From Candidatus Omnitrophota bacterium (lineage in GTDB: Bacteria; Omnitrophota; Gorgyraeia; Zapsychrales; Zapsychraceae): a DNA stretch of 64,000 nt. The position numbers and the translations under genes were made by a program. This document shows, piece by piece, positions 24,166 through 33,635 of this stretch; the stretch's first letter is position 1; each line of letters begins with the position of its first letter. The DNA is taken from assembly GCA_020632515.1 (NCBI GenBank), contig JACKFK010000008.1:72171-136170 (forward strand), written 5' to 3'. The notes beneath the pieces were generated by a model. That model made no database searches. It had not been told where the DNA came from and was given only the letters and a program-made list of their open reading frames with translations.

Positions 24166-24489
24166 ATGGAATTCAAAAATGAATGGGAAAAAGCAAGAAA
24201 ACAATTACTGAAATTTAGTAAGGAAGCAGAAGTTATTGCCCGAAAGGGAGAAAAAGAATTAGTCAATATTTATAATAAAGGTAAGCTTCATGTTGATTCT
24301 ACGGCCGCAGGATTACGCAAAGAGAAATTATATTACCAAATTGGAAAAGAATATGTGCGGACGGTTAAAAGCAAAAAAGAGTCTACATCGTTAAAGAAAA
24401 TGTTGGATGAATTAAATAAGATCGACAAAGAACAGCGCCAGTTAAAGATAAAAATTAAAAAGACGAGTAATGAAAAATCTAAGAAATAA
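24166..24489 (+). CDS. hypothetical helical, Lys-rich protein
   Basis: 107-aa ORF with SD AGAGGG upstream. No family recognised. Confidence 0.5.
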   Translation: MEFKNEWEKARKQLLKFSKEAEVIARKGEKELVNIYNKGKLHVDSTAAGLRKEKLYYQIGKEYVRTVKSKKESTSLKKMLDELNKIDKEQRQLKIKIKKTSNEKSKK

Positions 24490-24943
24490 ATTAGTTTTTT
24501 TAAATACTTTTCTGTTCATGCTGTTGTGCATGGTTCCTATAAAAGTGGAGGCGGATGATGTGCATAACGATATTGTAACGATAATTAATGGCAAGCAATA
24601 CGGTTCATTTGAAGATTATAGAATGGAAAAATTGCTTAAGCATGTAAAGAAAAAACTATTACTTGATTTAGCCCACGATGGAGTTGAATCTGCCGCGCAA
24701 TGGGTCAGAAAATTGCCGCCGTATTTACTCGCGGATTTAGACAATAACCAGATTAGAACTTTGATTCAGGAAGTCGCTCTTTATCAAATACAAAGTATCT
24801 CAAAGCAACAAACTGTTCCTGAATTAGAGCAAATGCAGGAGATGTTGGATCGATATTATCAGGAAAAAAATGGGGTAGGAAAACCTTTGGTTGATCTTGA
24901 TGAAACAAAGATTAGAACTATCTATATTTCGCCTGGCCATTAA
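24470..24943 (+). CDS. hypothetical secreted protein
   Basis: 157 aa. N-terminal signal-like segment (LVFLNTFLFMLLCMVPIKVEA). Overlaps the upstream gene by 20 nt. Confidence 0.5.
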   Translation: MKNLRNKLVFLNTFLFMLLCMVPIKVEADDVHNDIVTIINGKQYGSFEDYRMEKLLKHVKKKLLLDLAHDGVESAAQWVRKLPPYLLADLDNNQIRTLIQEVALYQIQSISKQQTVPELEQMQEMLDRYYQEKNGVGKPLVDLDETKIRTIYISPGH

Positions 24944-25068
24944 TTTAGTTGTAAATATTTGGAAATAAATATGTTATAATTATGGAAACACAATTTCTCG
25001 CAGAAAATTATCAATAATCTACGTACCAGAATCATATTTTTTAAAATTCCCCCGTTAATTACAAAGTC

Positions 25069-25097
25069 TTGACTATTAGTTTGACTGATAGTATAAT
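25069..25097 (+). promoter_or_regulatory. sigma70-type promoter upstream of rpsO (TTGACT-17 nt-TATAAT)
   Basis: TTGACT at 25069-25074, 17-nt spacer, consensus TATAAT at 25092-25097. Predicts an rpsO leader of about 110 nt. Confidence 0.55.
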
Positions 25098-25215
25098 AGC
25101 GCAACTTAAATAACTATTTAAGTTATAATAAATTATGTTAAATAAATAATCCTGGTTATTAAGTACAGGAACGATTTGGATAAGTCAAAAACGTTAATTT
25201 GAATGGAGGCTGAAA

Positions 25216-25485
25216 TTGGTATTACTGAAGGAAAAGAAAACAGAAGTGATTGAAAGTTTTAAGACACATGCAAAGGATACAGGATCATCTGTGGTTCAAA
25301 TTGCATTGTTAACAGAAAAAATTAATTATCTAACAGATCATTTTAAGGCCCATAAAAAGGATTTTCATTCTCGACGGGGATTATTGATGATGATCGGTAA
25401 ACGCCGGCGTCTTTTGTCCTACCTTAAGAGCAAAGATCCACAAAAATATCAGGAAACAATCAGCAAATTGAATTTGCGTAAGTAA
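25216..25485 (+). CDS. rpsO: 30S ribosomal protein S15
   Basis: [50 protein letters not shown] is canonical S15. TTG start lies 6 nt after GGAGG. Confidence 0.95.
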   Translation: MVLLKEKKTEVIESFKTHAKDTGSSVVQIALLTEKINYLTDHFKAHKKDFHSRRGLLMMIGKRRRLLSYLKSKDPQKYQETISKLNLRK

Positions 25486-25542
25486 GTGAAAGAACAAACC
25501 TACTCAAAAGATTTGCGTATTAAGATTGTTGACCAACTCATT

Positions 25543-25574
25543 TTGTTGAGCTGTGATCAAGTCTGTCTCAACAA
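25543..25574 (+). other. rpsO-pnp intergenic hairpin (8-bp stem TTGTTGAG/CTCAACAA)
   Basis: Perfect 8-bp stem with a 16-nt loop between rpsO and pnp. The position is analogous to the processing/attenuation hairpins known in pnp leaders. Confidence 0.4.
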
Positions 25575-25603
25575 TAATTTTCGTATGTTAATGGAGGAAA
25601 TCT

Positions 25604-27724
25604 ATGTCTATACAGACAGGTAAAATAGAAGTCCCTTATGGGGAAAAGACATTATTGATAGAAACGGGGAAACTCGCTAAGCAAGCTAACGCGGCGGTGA
25701 CTGTAACCTGTGGTGGGACAGTGGTATTGGTGGCTGTTTGTATGTCAAAAAAGGCTAAAGACGATATCGATTTCTTCCCTTTAATGGTTGAATATCAAGA
25801 AAAAACTTATTCTGCTGGGCGTATTCCTGGGGGATTTTTTAAACGTGAAGGACGACCTACTCAAAAAGAAATTTTGACTGCTCGGGTAATTGACCGTCCT
25901 ATTCGGCCATTATTTCCAAAAGGGTTTTTGAATGATGTTGTTGTCACCTGTACCGTATTAAGCAGTGATGGTGAGAATGATCCTGATATTTTGTCCATTA
26001 TTGGTGCTTCAGCGGCGTTAACAATTTCAGATATTCCTTTTGAAGGTCCGGTTGGCGCTGTACGCGTTGGAATGGTTGAAGGGCAAATGGTTCTTAATCC
26101 AACCTATGCGCAACGTGAACAAAGTGTGATGGATCTCGTTGTGGTTGGTCTTAAGGATGGAATCATTATGATTGAAGGGGAGGCTTTGGAAGTTCCTGAG
26201 CCTAAAGTTGTTGAAGGGTTAGAATTTGCTTTTAAGCAACTTCAAGTTATTCGAGAAAAGCAAGTTGAATTTCAAAAACAAATTGGCAAATCAAAAGCTG
26301 AAGTTAAACTTTTTAATCCGCATCCTGATTTACGCGCAAAAGTCGCTGAGCTTACCAAAGGACAGCTTTCCAAAATTTATCAAATTGCTGATAAACTTCA
26401 ACGGGAAGAGGAATTGCATAAACTTTTAGACGAGATTTTAAGTGATATGTCGGTTTTTGATGCGTATAAAGTTGATGATCGTGAAGTGCCGGCTGGACAT
26501 GTTAAGATGATGTTTGATGATTTGGAATATGATGAAGTTAGAAAATTAATCTTTGAAAAGAATCTCCGTGCGGACGGACGTGGCGCTGAAGATATACGCG
26601 CATTAGCATCAGAAATTAATGTTTTACCGCGGACTCATGGTTCTAGCTTATTTACACGTGGGCAGACTCAGAGTTTAGCGGTGGTCACTCTAGGAACTAA
26701 GCGTGATGAACAGATGGTAGAATCATTAGAAGGATTGTCATACAACAATTTTATGCTGCACTATAACTTTCCGGCGTTTAGTGTTGGGGAAGCTCGAGGA
26801 AGCCGTGGTCCTGGGCGGCGGGAGATAGGGCATGGGGCTTTAGCAGCTAAAGCTATTAAGGGAATTTTACCTTCTAAAGAAGATTTCCCTTATACAATTC
26901 GTGTTGTATCTGAAATTCTGGAATCTAATGGGTCTTCGAGTATGGCCAGTGTTTGCGCTGGGTGTTTAAGCTTGATGGATGCGGGGGTGCCGATTAAAGA
27001 TCCTGTGGCTGGAATTTCTATTGGATTAGTGACAGAAGGAGAAAAATTTCAGTTGCTTACGGATATCATGGGGTTGGAAGATCATTTTGGTGATATGGAT
27101 TTTAAAGTTGCGGGTTCAAAGACTGGAGTTACGGCTATTCAATTAGATCTTAAAATTTCAGGGGTTCCATTAAAGGTTTTAACTGACGGTGTTGAACAGG
27201 CTAAAAAAGCACGGTTTATTATTTTAGATAATATGCTTTCTGTCATTGAAAAACCTAAAACGGATATCTCAGAATTTGCTCCACGGATTGTTATTGTTCA
27301 AATTCCACAAGAGAAAATTGGTGAGGTGATAGGACCGGGAGGAAAGATGATTAAAAAGATCATGGAAGAAACCGGCGCAACCTCAATTGATATTGAAGAA
27401 GATGGGAAAGTATTTATTGCAGCGACGAGTAAAGAATCCTCACAAAAAGCTTTGGCCTACGTTAATGGAATTGTTGAAGTTCCAGTTGTCGGTAAGATTT
27501 ATGATGCTAAGGTTGTTAAAGTGGCCAATTTTGGAGCTTTTTGTGAATTTCTCCCTGGACGACAAGGTCTTGTTCATGTGTCTGAATTCTCGAATGAATA
27601 TGTTAAAGATTTAACAACTGTTGCTAAAGTAGGTGATCAATTTAAAGTAAAGTTGGTTGAAATTGATCAGATGAAACGTATGAATTTAAGTAAAAAGCAA
27701 GCAGAAGCGGAAGTTGTTCAGTAG
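25604..27724 (+). CDS. pnp: polyribonucleotide nucleotidyltransferase (PNPase)
   Basis: Two RNase PH domains (FFKREGRPT; GSSLFTRGQTQ; SNGSSSMASVCAG), a KH domain (IGEVIGPGGKMIKKI) and an S1 domain (GAFCEFLPGRQGLVHVSE). Confidence 0.96.
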   Translation: MSIQTGKIEVPYGEKTLLIETGKLAKQANAAVTVTCGGTVVLVAVCMSKKAKDDIDFFPLMVEYQEKTYSAGRIPGGFFKREGRPTQKEILTARVIDRPIRPLFPKGFLNDVVVTCTVLSSDGENDPDILSIIGASAALTISDIPFEGPVGAVRVGMVEGQMVLNPTYAQREQSVMDLVVVGLKDGIIMIEGEALEVPEPKVVEGLEFAFKQLQVIREKQVEFQKQIGKSKAEVKLFNPHPDLRAKVAELTKGQLSKIYQIADKLQREEELHKLLDEILSDMSVFDAYKVDDREVPAGHVKMMFDDLEYDEVRKLIFEKNLRADGRGAEDIRALASEINVLPRTHGSSLFTRGQTQSLAVVTLGTKRDEQMVESLEGLSYNNFMLHYNFPAFSVGEARGSRGPGRREIGHGALAAKAIKGILPSKEDFPYTIRVVSEILESNGSSSMASVCAGCLSLMDAGVPIKDPVAGISIGLVTEGEKFQLLTDIMGLEDHFGDMDFKVAGSKTGVTAIQLDLKISGVPLKVLTDGVEQAKKARFIILDNMLSVIEKPKTDISEFAPRIVIVQIPQEKIGEVIGPGGKMIKKIMEETGATSIDIEEDGKVFIAATSKESSQKALAYVNGIVEVPVVGKIYDAKVVKVANFGAFCEFLPGRQGLVHVSEFSNEYVKDLTTVAKVGDQFKVKLVEIDQMKRMNLSKKQAEAEVVQ

Positions 27725-27792
27725 TATTTTCATAGTTATTCGTAAAACTTAATTCATTTAATCTTTAGATCCAATATTCCTAAAGAAATTAC

Positions 27793-30033
27793 ATGAAACA
27801 AGAACATGTCAGTGAAATTAAAGGTATTGTTATCCTGGCATTGAGCATGATTTTGCTTGCAAGCCTTGTTTCGTTTGTGCCAGACGATCTGCCTTGGTAT
27901 ACTTCACAACCGAATTCCCCAACTCAGAATTGGATTCGAGAGACAGGGGCATATCTCGCCGGTAGTCTATTATTTATCATTGGATATAGTGCTTATTTTT
28001 TAGTGAGCTTCTTAATCTTCTGGGCGTGGAATAAATTCTCTCTTAGAGATATTACTTTCACACTTGCCAAGTTTATTTGTTCAATTATTCTTATTGCGGT
28101 GATCAGTTCACTGTTGAGTATGCTAAGCCCGCCAGATGCCTCAATCCGGTTTCAGCGTTCTGGGATTGTTGGTCTATATATTTCGCAATTTTTAATTGAT
28201 CATATCGGTTATTTTGGATCCTATGTATCTTTAGTTGCGTTGGGATTATTGACATTGATTGTCACTGGAGAATTTTTAGTTTCACCTCTTTTTGTGAATA
28301 TTATTGAGAAAATGCAATCTGTTTACCAAGATTTCATAACAGGTTTTAAAACTTCCGGAAAAAAAGAGGGTAAACCGCAAGCTAAACCAAAGCCGAAAAT
28401 TAATTTTGGACAATCTGCTGTCAAAACACCAAAAAAACCTCAGGCGGTGCAAGATGATGACCAAGAGTACAATGAAGACGAAGGCTCTGAAGAAGTTGCT
28501 GCTAAAAAGCAAAAGAAAGCCGGAGGAGGTTTTTTTCAGCCTAAAATTAAAATAACACCTAATGAAGCTCCGGCAAAAAATAAGGAAGAGTCTCCAAAAG
28601 TTGTCGGAGAATATAAACTTCCGCCGTTAGATTTGCTTGAAGATGCTCCGGAAATATCCACCAGTAAGATTCAAAGTAGTTTGATGAACGGTGCGAAATT
28701 GCTTGAGCAAACATTGGCAAGTTTTAACGTTTCTGCTCGCGTAGCGGATATTGAACGTGGGCCGGCAATTACGCGATATGAATTAGAACCAGCTCCTGGC
28801 GTAAAGGTGCAAAAATTTACGACCCTTTCTGACGACATTGCTTTGGCCATGAAAGCGCCGGCTGTTCGTATTGTGGCGCCTATTCCAGGTAAGAATCGTG
28901 TCGGCATTGAGGTGCCTAATGCTTCATCGGCATCGGTATTTTTAAAGGATGTTTTGGCGAGTGATCAATTTCGTTCTTCAAAATCAAAATTAACATTATC
29001 TTTGGGGAAAGACATTTCTGGAAAACCAATGATTGCCGACTTGGCTGGTATGCCGCATTTGTTAATTGCCGGGACGACAGGGGCGGGGAAAACAGTTTGT
29101 GTTAATGGCATTATTATGTCAATGCTGCTCAATGCATCTCCTGAAGAAGTGAAATTTGTGATGGTCGATCCCAAAATGGTTGAACTTTCACAATACAATG
29201 ATATTCCTCATTTGCTAGCTCCGACTGTGACGGATCCAAAAAAAGCGTCAGCGGTATTAAACTGGGTTGTTAGTGAGATGGAATCCCGGTATAAAAAACT
29301 TTCAAAAGAAGGTGCGCGTAATATTGTGGGATATAACGCGAAGGGCAATAAGATGCCGTATATTGTTGTTATTATTGATGAGTTAGCCGATTTAATGCAG
29401 GTCTCAGCGAAGACTGTGGAAAGTTCAATTACTCGTTTGGCGCAACTTTCACGCGCTGTTGGTATTCATCTCATTTTAGCAACGCAAAGGCCTTCTGTTG
29501 ATGTTATCACAGGTGTTATTAAAGCGAATTTTCCGGCGAGGATTTCTTTTAAGGTGGCATCCAAGGTGGATTCCCGAACTGTGTTGGATATGAATGGGGC
29601 TGAAAATTTATTGGGTAAAGGCGACATGTTATTTATTCAACCAGGAGATGCAAAACCAACGCGTGGACAGTGTAGTTTTGTAAAGGATGAAGAAATTTCG
29701 CGGGTAATTAAATATATTAAAGAGCAACAACAGCCGGAATATGATGAAACGATTCTGCAACAGCAAAAAGGCGGTGCAAAGGGAGGGTCTGAAGAAAAGG
29801 ATGATTGTTATGAGGAGGCCGTGAAATTGGTGATGGAAACTAATCAAGCGTCTGTATCGATTTTGCAGCGGCGGATGCGTCTTGGATACACCCGCGCGGC
29901 ACGTTTGATCGATATGATGGAACAGGATGGATTAGTTGGTCCTTATGTTGGCAGTAAGCCTCGGGAAATATTGGTTGACCGGGAGCAATGGTTATTAGAG
30001 AATATGAATACTGAGGAAGCCGAAGATGAGTAA
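27793..30033 (+). CDS. ftsK: DNA translocase FtsK
   Basis: N-terminal TM helices, Pro/Lys linker, motor domain (HLLIAGTTGAGKTVCVN; IVVIIDELADLM; ATQRPSVDVITG), and a gamma winged-helix (SVSILQRRMRLGYTRAARLID). Confidence 0.94.
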   Translation: MKQEHVSEIKGIVILALSMILLASLVSFVPDDLPWYTSQPNSPTQNWIRETGAYLAGSLLFIIGYSAYFLVSFLIFWAWNKFSLRDITFTLAKFICSIILIAVISSLLSMLSPPDASIRFQRSGIVGLYISQFLIDHIGYFGSYVSLVALGLLTLIVTGEFLVSPLFVNIIEKMQSVYQDFITGFKTSGKKEGKPQAKPKPKINFGQSAVKTPKKPQAVQDDDQEYNEDEGSEEVAAKKQKKAGGGFFQPKIKITPNEAPAKNKEESPKVVGEYKLPPLDLLEDAPEISTSKIQSSLMNGAKLLEQTLASFNVSARVADIERGPAITRYELEPAPGVKVQKFTTLSDDIALAMKAPAVRIVAPIPGKNRVGIEVPNASSASVFLKDVLASDQFRSSKSKLTLSLGKDISGKPMIADLAGMPHLLIAGTTGAGKTVCVNGIIMSMLLNASPEEVKFVMVDPKMVELSQYNDIPHLLAPTVTDPKKASAVLNWVVSEMESRYKKLSKEGARNIVGYNAKGNKMPYIVVIIDELADLMQVSAKTVESSITRLAQLSRAVGIHLILATQRPSVDVITGVIKANFPARISFKVASKVDSRTVLDMNGAENLLGKGDMLFIQPGDAKPTRGQCSFVKDEEISRVIKYIKEQQQPEYDETILQQQKGGAKGGSEEKDDCYEEAVKLVMETNQASVSILQRRMRLGYTRAARLIDMMEQDGLVGPYVGSKPREILVDREQWLLENMNTEEAEDE

Positions 30034-31111
30034 TAGTTTAAAAGAAAAAGAAATTATTTCAGAAATTAAAAATTCCAAAAAAGAACGCAAGGATATGACT
30101 AAGGGGCAGCTTCTTAAACAGGTTCGGGAAGAGCGCGGATTAAGTTTAGATTCTGTGCATGAAGCAACGAAAGTGCCTCTTGATGCGCTTAAAGCGATTG
30201 AAGAAGGTTATACCATTCGAACTTTATCAGAGTTTTATTATAAAGGGTTTCTAAAGATTTATGCGACCTATTTAAATGTGGATGTTTCAGAAGTAATTGA
30301 TGATTATAAACAGGAAGAACCGCAAAAAATTATTGTCCGAAAAGAAAAGCCGCCAGCTTCGTTTGAGTGGAAGAAATGGGTAGCTAAAAATTTAACAAAA
30401 GAACGGAAACAGCAATTGGTGGTTATTGCTGGTATTTTTTTGTTTTTAATTGTTTTATTTAAATCTATTACCTTTTTAATTCATGTGGTGGGGCAGCATC
30501 GTGAGCGGGTAAAGGAAAAAAAGAAAATTGTTGCAGTAGAGCAGGTGGTTGAGAAGAAAATACCTGTTCAGAAAGTTGTTAAGAAAACGGAAAAGCCTGT
30601 TGAGGTTAAGAAGACTGAGAAAAAGACGGAAAAAGTTATAGAAAAAGCAAATAACGTCGAGAAAAAAACAGAGGTTTCAGTCTCACAGCAAACTGTTGTT
30701 CAACAACCAAAAGAAGTCGTTCCGCCAAAACCAAAAGTCTTGGTGCCAATTCCTGTTGAGGCGATACAAAAACAAACTGGTGAAACCGCGGAAGCGCCGG
30801 TTACTCAAAATGAACCTTCCGCTGTTAAACCGCAGGAGGTCAAAGTTGTAAAGAATTTAACGTTAACGGTGAGAGCCAAGAAAAGCAGTTGGCTGCGGGT
30901 GTTAGCTGATAATCAAACGGTTTTTCAAGCGACCCTTCGTCGGGGCGCGGTTGAAACATGGTTGGCGGATAATTCCATTGAGATTTCCGGCCGTAATATT
31001 GATCAATTGGAATTTGAGTTAAACGGCAAAATGATTGGTTCTCTTGGTCGGGCTGACCGCAAAGCAAAAAAGATTGTTGTAACTAAAGAAGGATTATCTG
31101 TTAGTAAATAG
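30026..31111 (+). CDS. rodZ: RodZ-like cytoskeleton-associated protein (HTH + TM + DUF4115)
   Basis: N-terminal Xre-type HTH (LLKQVREERGLSLDSVHEATKVPLDALKAIEEG), a single TM helix, a K/E/P/V-rich linker, and a C-terminal DUF4115-like beta domain (SWLRVLADNQTVFQATL..GRNIDQLEFELNG). Confidence 0.8.
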   Translation: MSNSLKEKEIISEIKNSKKERKDMTKGQLLKQVREERGLSLDSVHEATKVPLDALKAIEEGYTIRTLSEFYYKGFLKIYATYLNVDVSEVIDDYKQEEPQKIIVRKEKPPASFEWKKWVAKNLTKERKQQLVVIAGIFLFLIVLFKSITFLIHVVGQHRERVKEKKKIVAVEQVVEKKIPVQKVVKKTEKPVEVKKTEKKTEKVIEKANNVEKKTEVSVSQQTVVQQPKEVVPPKPKVLVPIPVEAIQKQTGETAEAPVTQNEPSAVKPQEVKVVKNLTLTVRAKKSSWLRVLADNQTVFQATLRRGAVETWLADNSIEISGRNIDQLEFELNGKMIGSLGRADRKAKKIVVTKEGLSVSK

Positions 31112-31134
31112 TAGCACTGGGTGAGACATTGCTA

Positions 31135-31184
31135 ATAGGGGGCAGACAAGGAATCTTTTAAAAGGTTTTTTGTTTGTCCCCTAT
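31135..31184 (+). other. long imperfect hairpin between rodZ and rimO
   Basis: ATAGGGGGCAGACAA pairs with TTGTTTGTCCCCTAT (15 bp, allowing two G-U pairs) around a 20-nt loop. There is no clean U-tract afterwards. Confidence 0.4.
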
Positions 31185-31201
31185 CTCGTTTAAAAGTAGG
31201 G

Positions 31202-32524
31202 ATGATTAAAAGTATGATAAAGGGAATTAAAACAACTTCGGATTTTAAAAAAGAACGTTTATCGACGGGGCAGAAGGTTGGTATGATTAACCTTGGGTGC
31301 GCCCGGAATTTGGTGGATGCACAGGGTTTGTTAGCAAATTTAAAAAAGAAAGGACATCGTGTCGTCGATGTTCAGGAATCGGATGTAGTAATTGTGAATA
31401 CTTGTTCTTTTATCGAAGAGGCCAAAAAAGAATCAATTGATACGATTTTAGATTTAATTGAATTAAAGAAAAAAGGAAAGATTAAGAAGGTGATTGTGGC
31501 TGGTTGTTTGGCGCAGCGATACAGTAAAGAATTAACCGAAGAGTTAAAAGATATAGACGCGATTATCGGCGCGCAAAAGCTAGAGCGCGATGCGATTCCA
31601 AATGACTATTCCTTAACGCCTAAACATTTCGCTTATGTCAAGATTAGCGAAAGTTGTTATAATCAATGTAGTTTTTGCATTATTCCAAAACTTAAAGGGA
31701 AATTTATTTCACGCACGATGGAATCTATCATTGAAGAAGTGAAGCGTTTGGATGAACAGGGTGTTAAAGAAATTAATATCATCGGGCAAGATATCACTGC
31801 TTACGGCATGGATCTTTATCGGGAATATAGTTTGGCGAAGCTATTAAGAAAGATCACTAAAGTTATTAAAAATGTTCAATGGATCAGATTGCTGTATGCT
31901 TTTCCCGCCCATGTAACTGACGAGTTGATTGATACCATCGCCCAGGAAGAGCGGATTTGTAAGTACATTGATATGCCGCTGCAACACATCAGTGATAACT
32001 TGCTTTCCAGCATGAATCGCAATATTACGACAAAACAGACGCGAGTTTTAGTAAATAAGATTCGTTCACGGATTCCTCAAGGAAGTTTGCGTACAACTTT
32101 TATTGTTGGGATGCCGGGCGAGACAAAAGAAAATTTTGATGAATTAACGCGTTTTGTTCAAGAGGTGGAATTTGAAAAGGTGGGGGTTTTTCTTTATTCA
32201 AAAGAAGAAGAAACGCCGGCGTACAGTTTTCCAAAGCATGTGGCCGATTCTGTTAAGAGAGAACGGATGCACGCGCTCATGCAGGTTCAGAAGAAGATAT
32301 CAAAGACAAAACAGAAGAAGTTTATCGGAACACAGCAACGCGTATTAATTGATGAGAAATCGAATCAGGAAAAGGCGTTGTATTTAGGTCGAACTGAATT
32401 TGATGCGCCCGAAGTGGATGGCATTGTTTATATTCAATCAGAGAATGAATTGAAAGTTGGTGAAATGGTTAATGTTGAAATCGTGGATGCTTATGAATAT
32501 GATTTAGTCGGACGTTTGTTATGA
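31202..32524 (+). CDS. rimO: ribosomal protein S12 methylthiotransferase RimO
   Basis: UPF0004 N-domain (INLGCARNLVDAQ), radical-SAM CxxxCxxC (CYNQCSFC) and a C-terminal TRAM domain. The exact start is uncertain (several in-frame ATGs between 31202 and 31280). Confidence 0.88.
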   Translation: MIKSMIKGIKTTSDFKKERLSTGQKVGMINLGCARNLVDAQGLLANLKKKGHRVVDVQESDVVIVNTCSFIEEAKKESIDTILDLIELKKKGKIKKVIVAGCLAQRYSKELTEELKDIDAIIGAQKLERDAIPNDYSLTPKHFAYVKISESCYNQCSFCIIPKLKGKFISRTMESIIEEVKRLDEQGVKEINIIGQDITAYGMDLYREYSLAKLLRKITKVIKNVQWIRLLYAFPAHVTDELIDTIAQEERICKYIDMPLQHISDNLLSSMNRNITTKQTRVLVNKIRSRIPQGSLRTTFIVGMPGETKENFDELTRFVQEVEFEKVGVFLYSKEEETPAYSFPKHVADSVKRERMHALMQVQKKISKTKQKKFIGTQQRVLIDEKSNQEKALYLGRTEFDAPEVDGIVYIQSENELKVGEMVNVEIVDAYEYDLVGRLL

Positions 32525-33093
32525 ATTTACCAAATATCCTTACAATAGCCAGAATATTTTTAACGGTATTTTTTATTGGTGTGATACAGCAGGAAGGTTT
32601 TACTGCTAAAGTTGTTGGAGCCGCTTTGTTTGCGGTGGCGTCGTTAACGGATTTTTTCGACGGGTATTTGGCAAAGACAAGGAATTTAATTACTGATTTC
32701 GGTAAGATCATGGATCCGATTGCGGATAAATTTTTAATGCTCAGCGCGTTTTACATTTTTATGAAATTGGATGTTATTGCTGTTTGGATGTTTGTCGTGA
32801 TCGCTGTCCGGGAAATCGGCATAACAGCATGGCGGCTTTTGGCGATGCGCAGTGGAAAAGTTTTTGCAGCCGAGAGTTTAGGAAAATATAAAACAGTATC
32901 CCAGATAACGGCAATTGGTGTTATATTAATGTTTATGATTGTCGCGGAAACGCAAAACGGTCATAATTTGAATGAAACAACGTTACGTGTTTGGAATCAA
33001 TGTATTTACGGATTGATGTTGGCGGCTGTGGGGTTAACATTAGTTTCAGGAGTTTTTTATATCTGGAAGAATCGAGGACATTTGAATGGGTGA
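32521..33093 (+). CDS. pgsA: CDP-diacylglycerol--glycerol-3-phosphate 3-phosphatidyltransferase
   Basis: CDP-alcohol phosphatidyltransferase motif DFFDGYLAKTRNLITDFGKIMDPIADK. 190 aa, multi-TM. Confidence 0.9.
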   Translation: MNLPNILTIARIFLTVFFIGVIQQEGFTAKVVGAALFAVASLTDFFDGYLAKTRNLITDFGKIMDPIADKFLMLSAFYIFMKLDVIAVWMFVVIAVREIGITAWRLLAMRSGKVFAAESLGKYKTVSQITAIGVILMFMIVAETQNGHNLNETTLRVWNQCIYGLMLAAVGLTLVSGVFYIWKNRGHLNG

Positions 33094-33541
33094 TCGCCTC
33101 ACAAAAATGCTATCCACGTTTTTTTATATTGGCTATTTTCCGGCAGCGCCGGGAACTGTCGCGAGCGCGGCAGGGGCGTTGATAGCTTGTGTTTTGATGG
33201 ATAATGTTTTTTTGTATATTGTGGCAACGGTCATCATTACGGTGATTGGTTTTTTGGTCAGCGGTGATATGGAAAAGATGATCAAATCCAAAGATCCATC
33301 ATGTATTGTGATTGATGAGGTCGCGGGAATAATGATTTCATTTTTTTTGTTGCCGTGGAATACACCGGTTATTTTAACCACGTTTTTTCTTTTTCGCGCG
33401 TTTGATATGTTTAAGATTTATCCGGTTAATAAATTTGAGGCCATTGAAGGCGGTACTGGAGTGATGATGGACGATCTTTTTGCCGGATTGTATACCAATG
33501 TGACAATGCACATTGCGTTGTGGCTGGTCAGTATTGTATAA
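33086..33541 (+). CDS. pgpA: phosphatidylglycerophosphatase A
   Basis: FYIGYFPAAPGTVASAAGA and IVIDEVAG..FRAFDMFKIYP are typical PgpA motifs. Overlaps pgsA by 8 nt. Confidence 0.88.
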   Translation: MGDRLTKMLSTFFYIGYFPAAPGTVASAAGALIACVLMDNVFLYIVATVIITVIGFLVSGDMEKMIKSKDPSCIVIDEVAGIMISFFLLPWNTPVILTTFFLFRAFDMFKIYPVNKFEAIEGGTGVMMDDLFAGLYTNVTMHIALWLVSIV

Positions 33542-33635
33542 TAAATGAAAATAATATCGTATCTTATTTCTCGTGACTAGTGTCTCGAAGATTTATGAGA
33601 CACAAGTGACGAGCGACTTAACTAAGGAGGGTAAT

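Noticed and set aside
18116-24943. tRNA-Arg-linked genomic island or integrative element
   Set aside because: I found no integrase, no phage or conjugation genes, and no direct repeat of the tRNA 3' end downstream. The block is treated as accessory-looking only.
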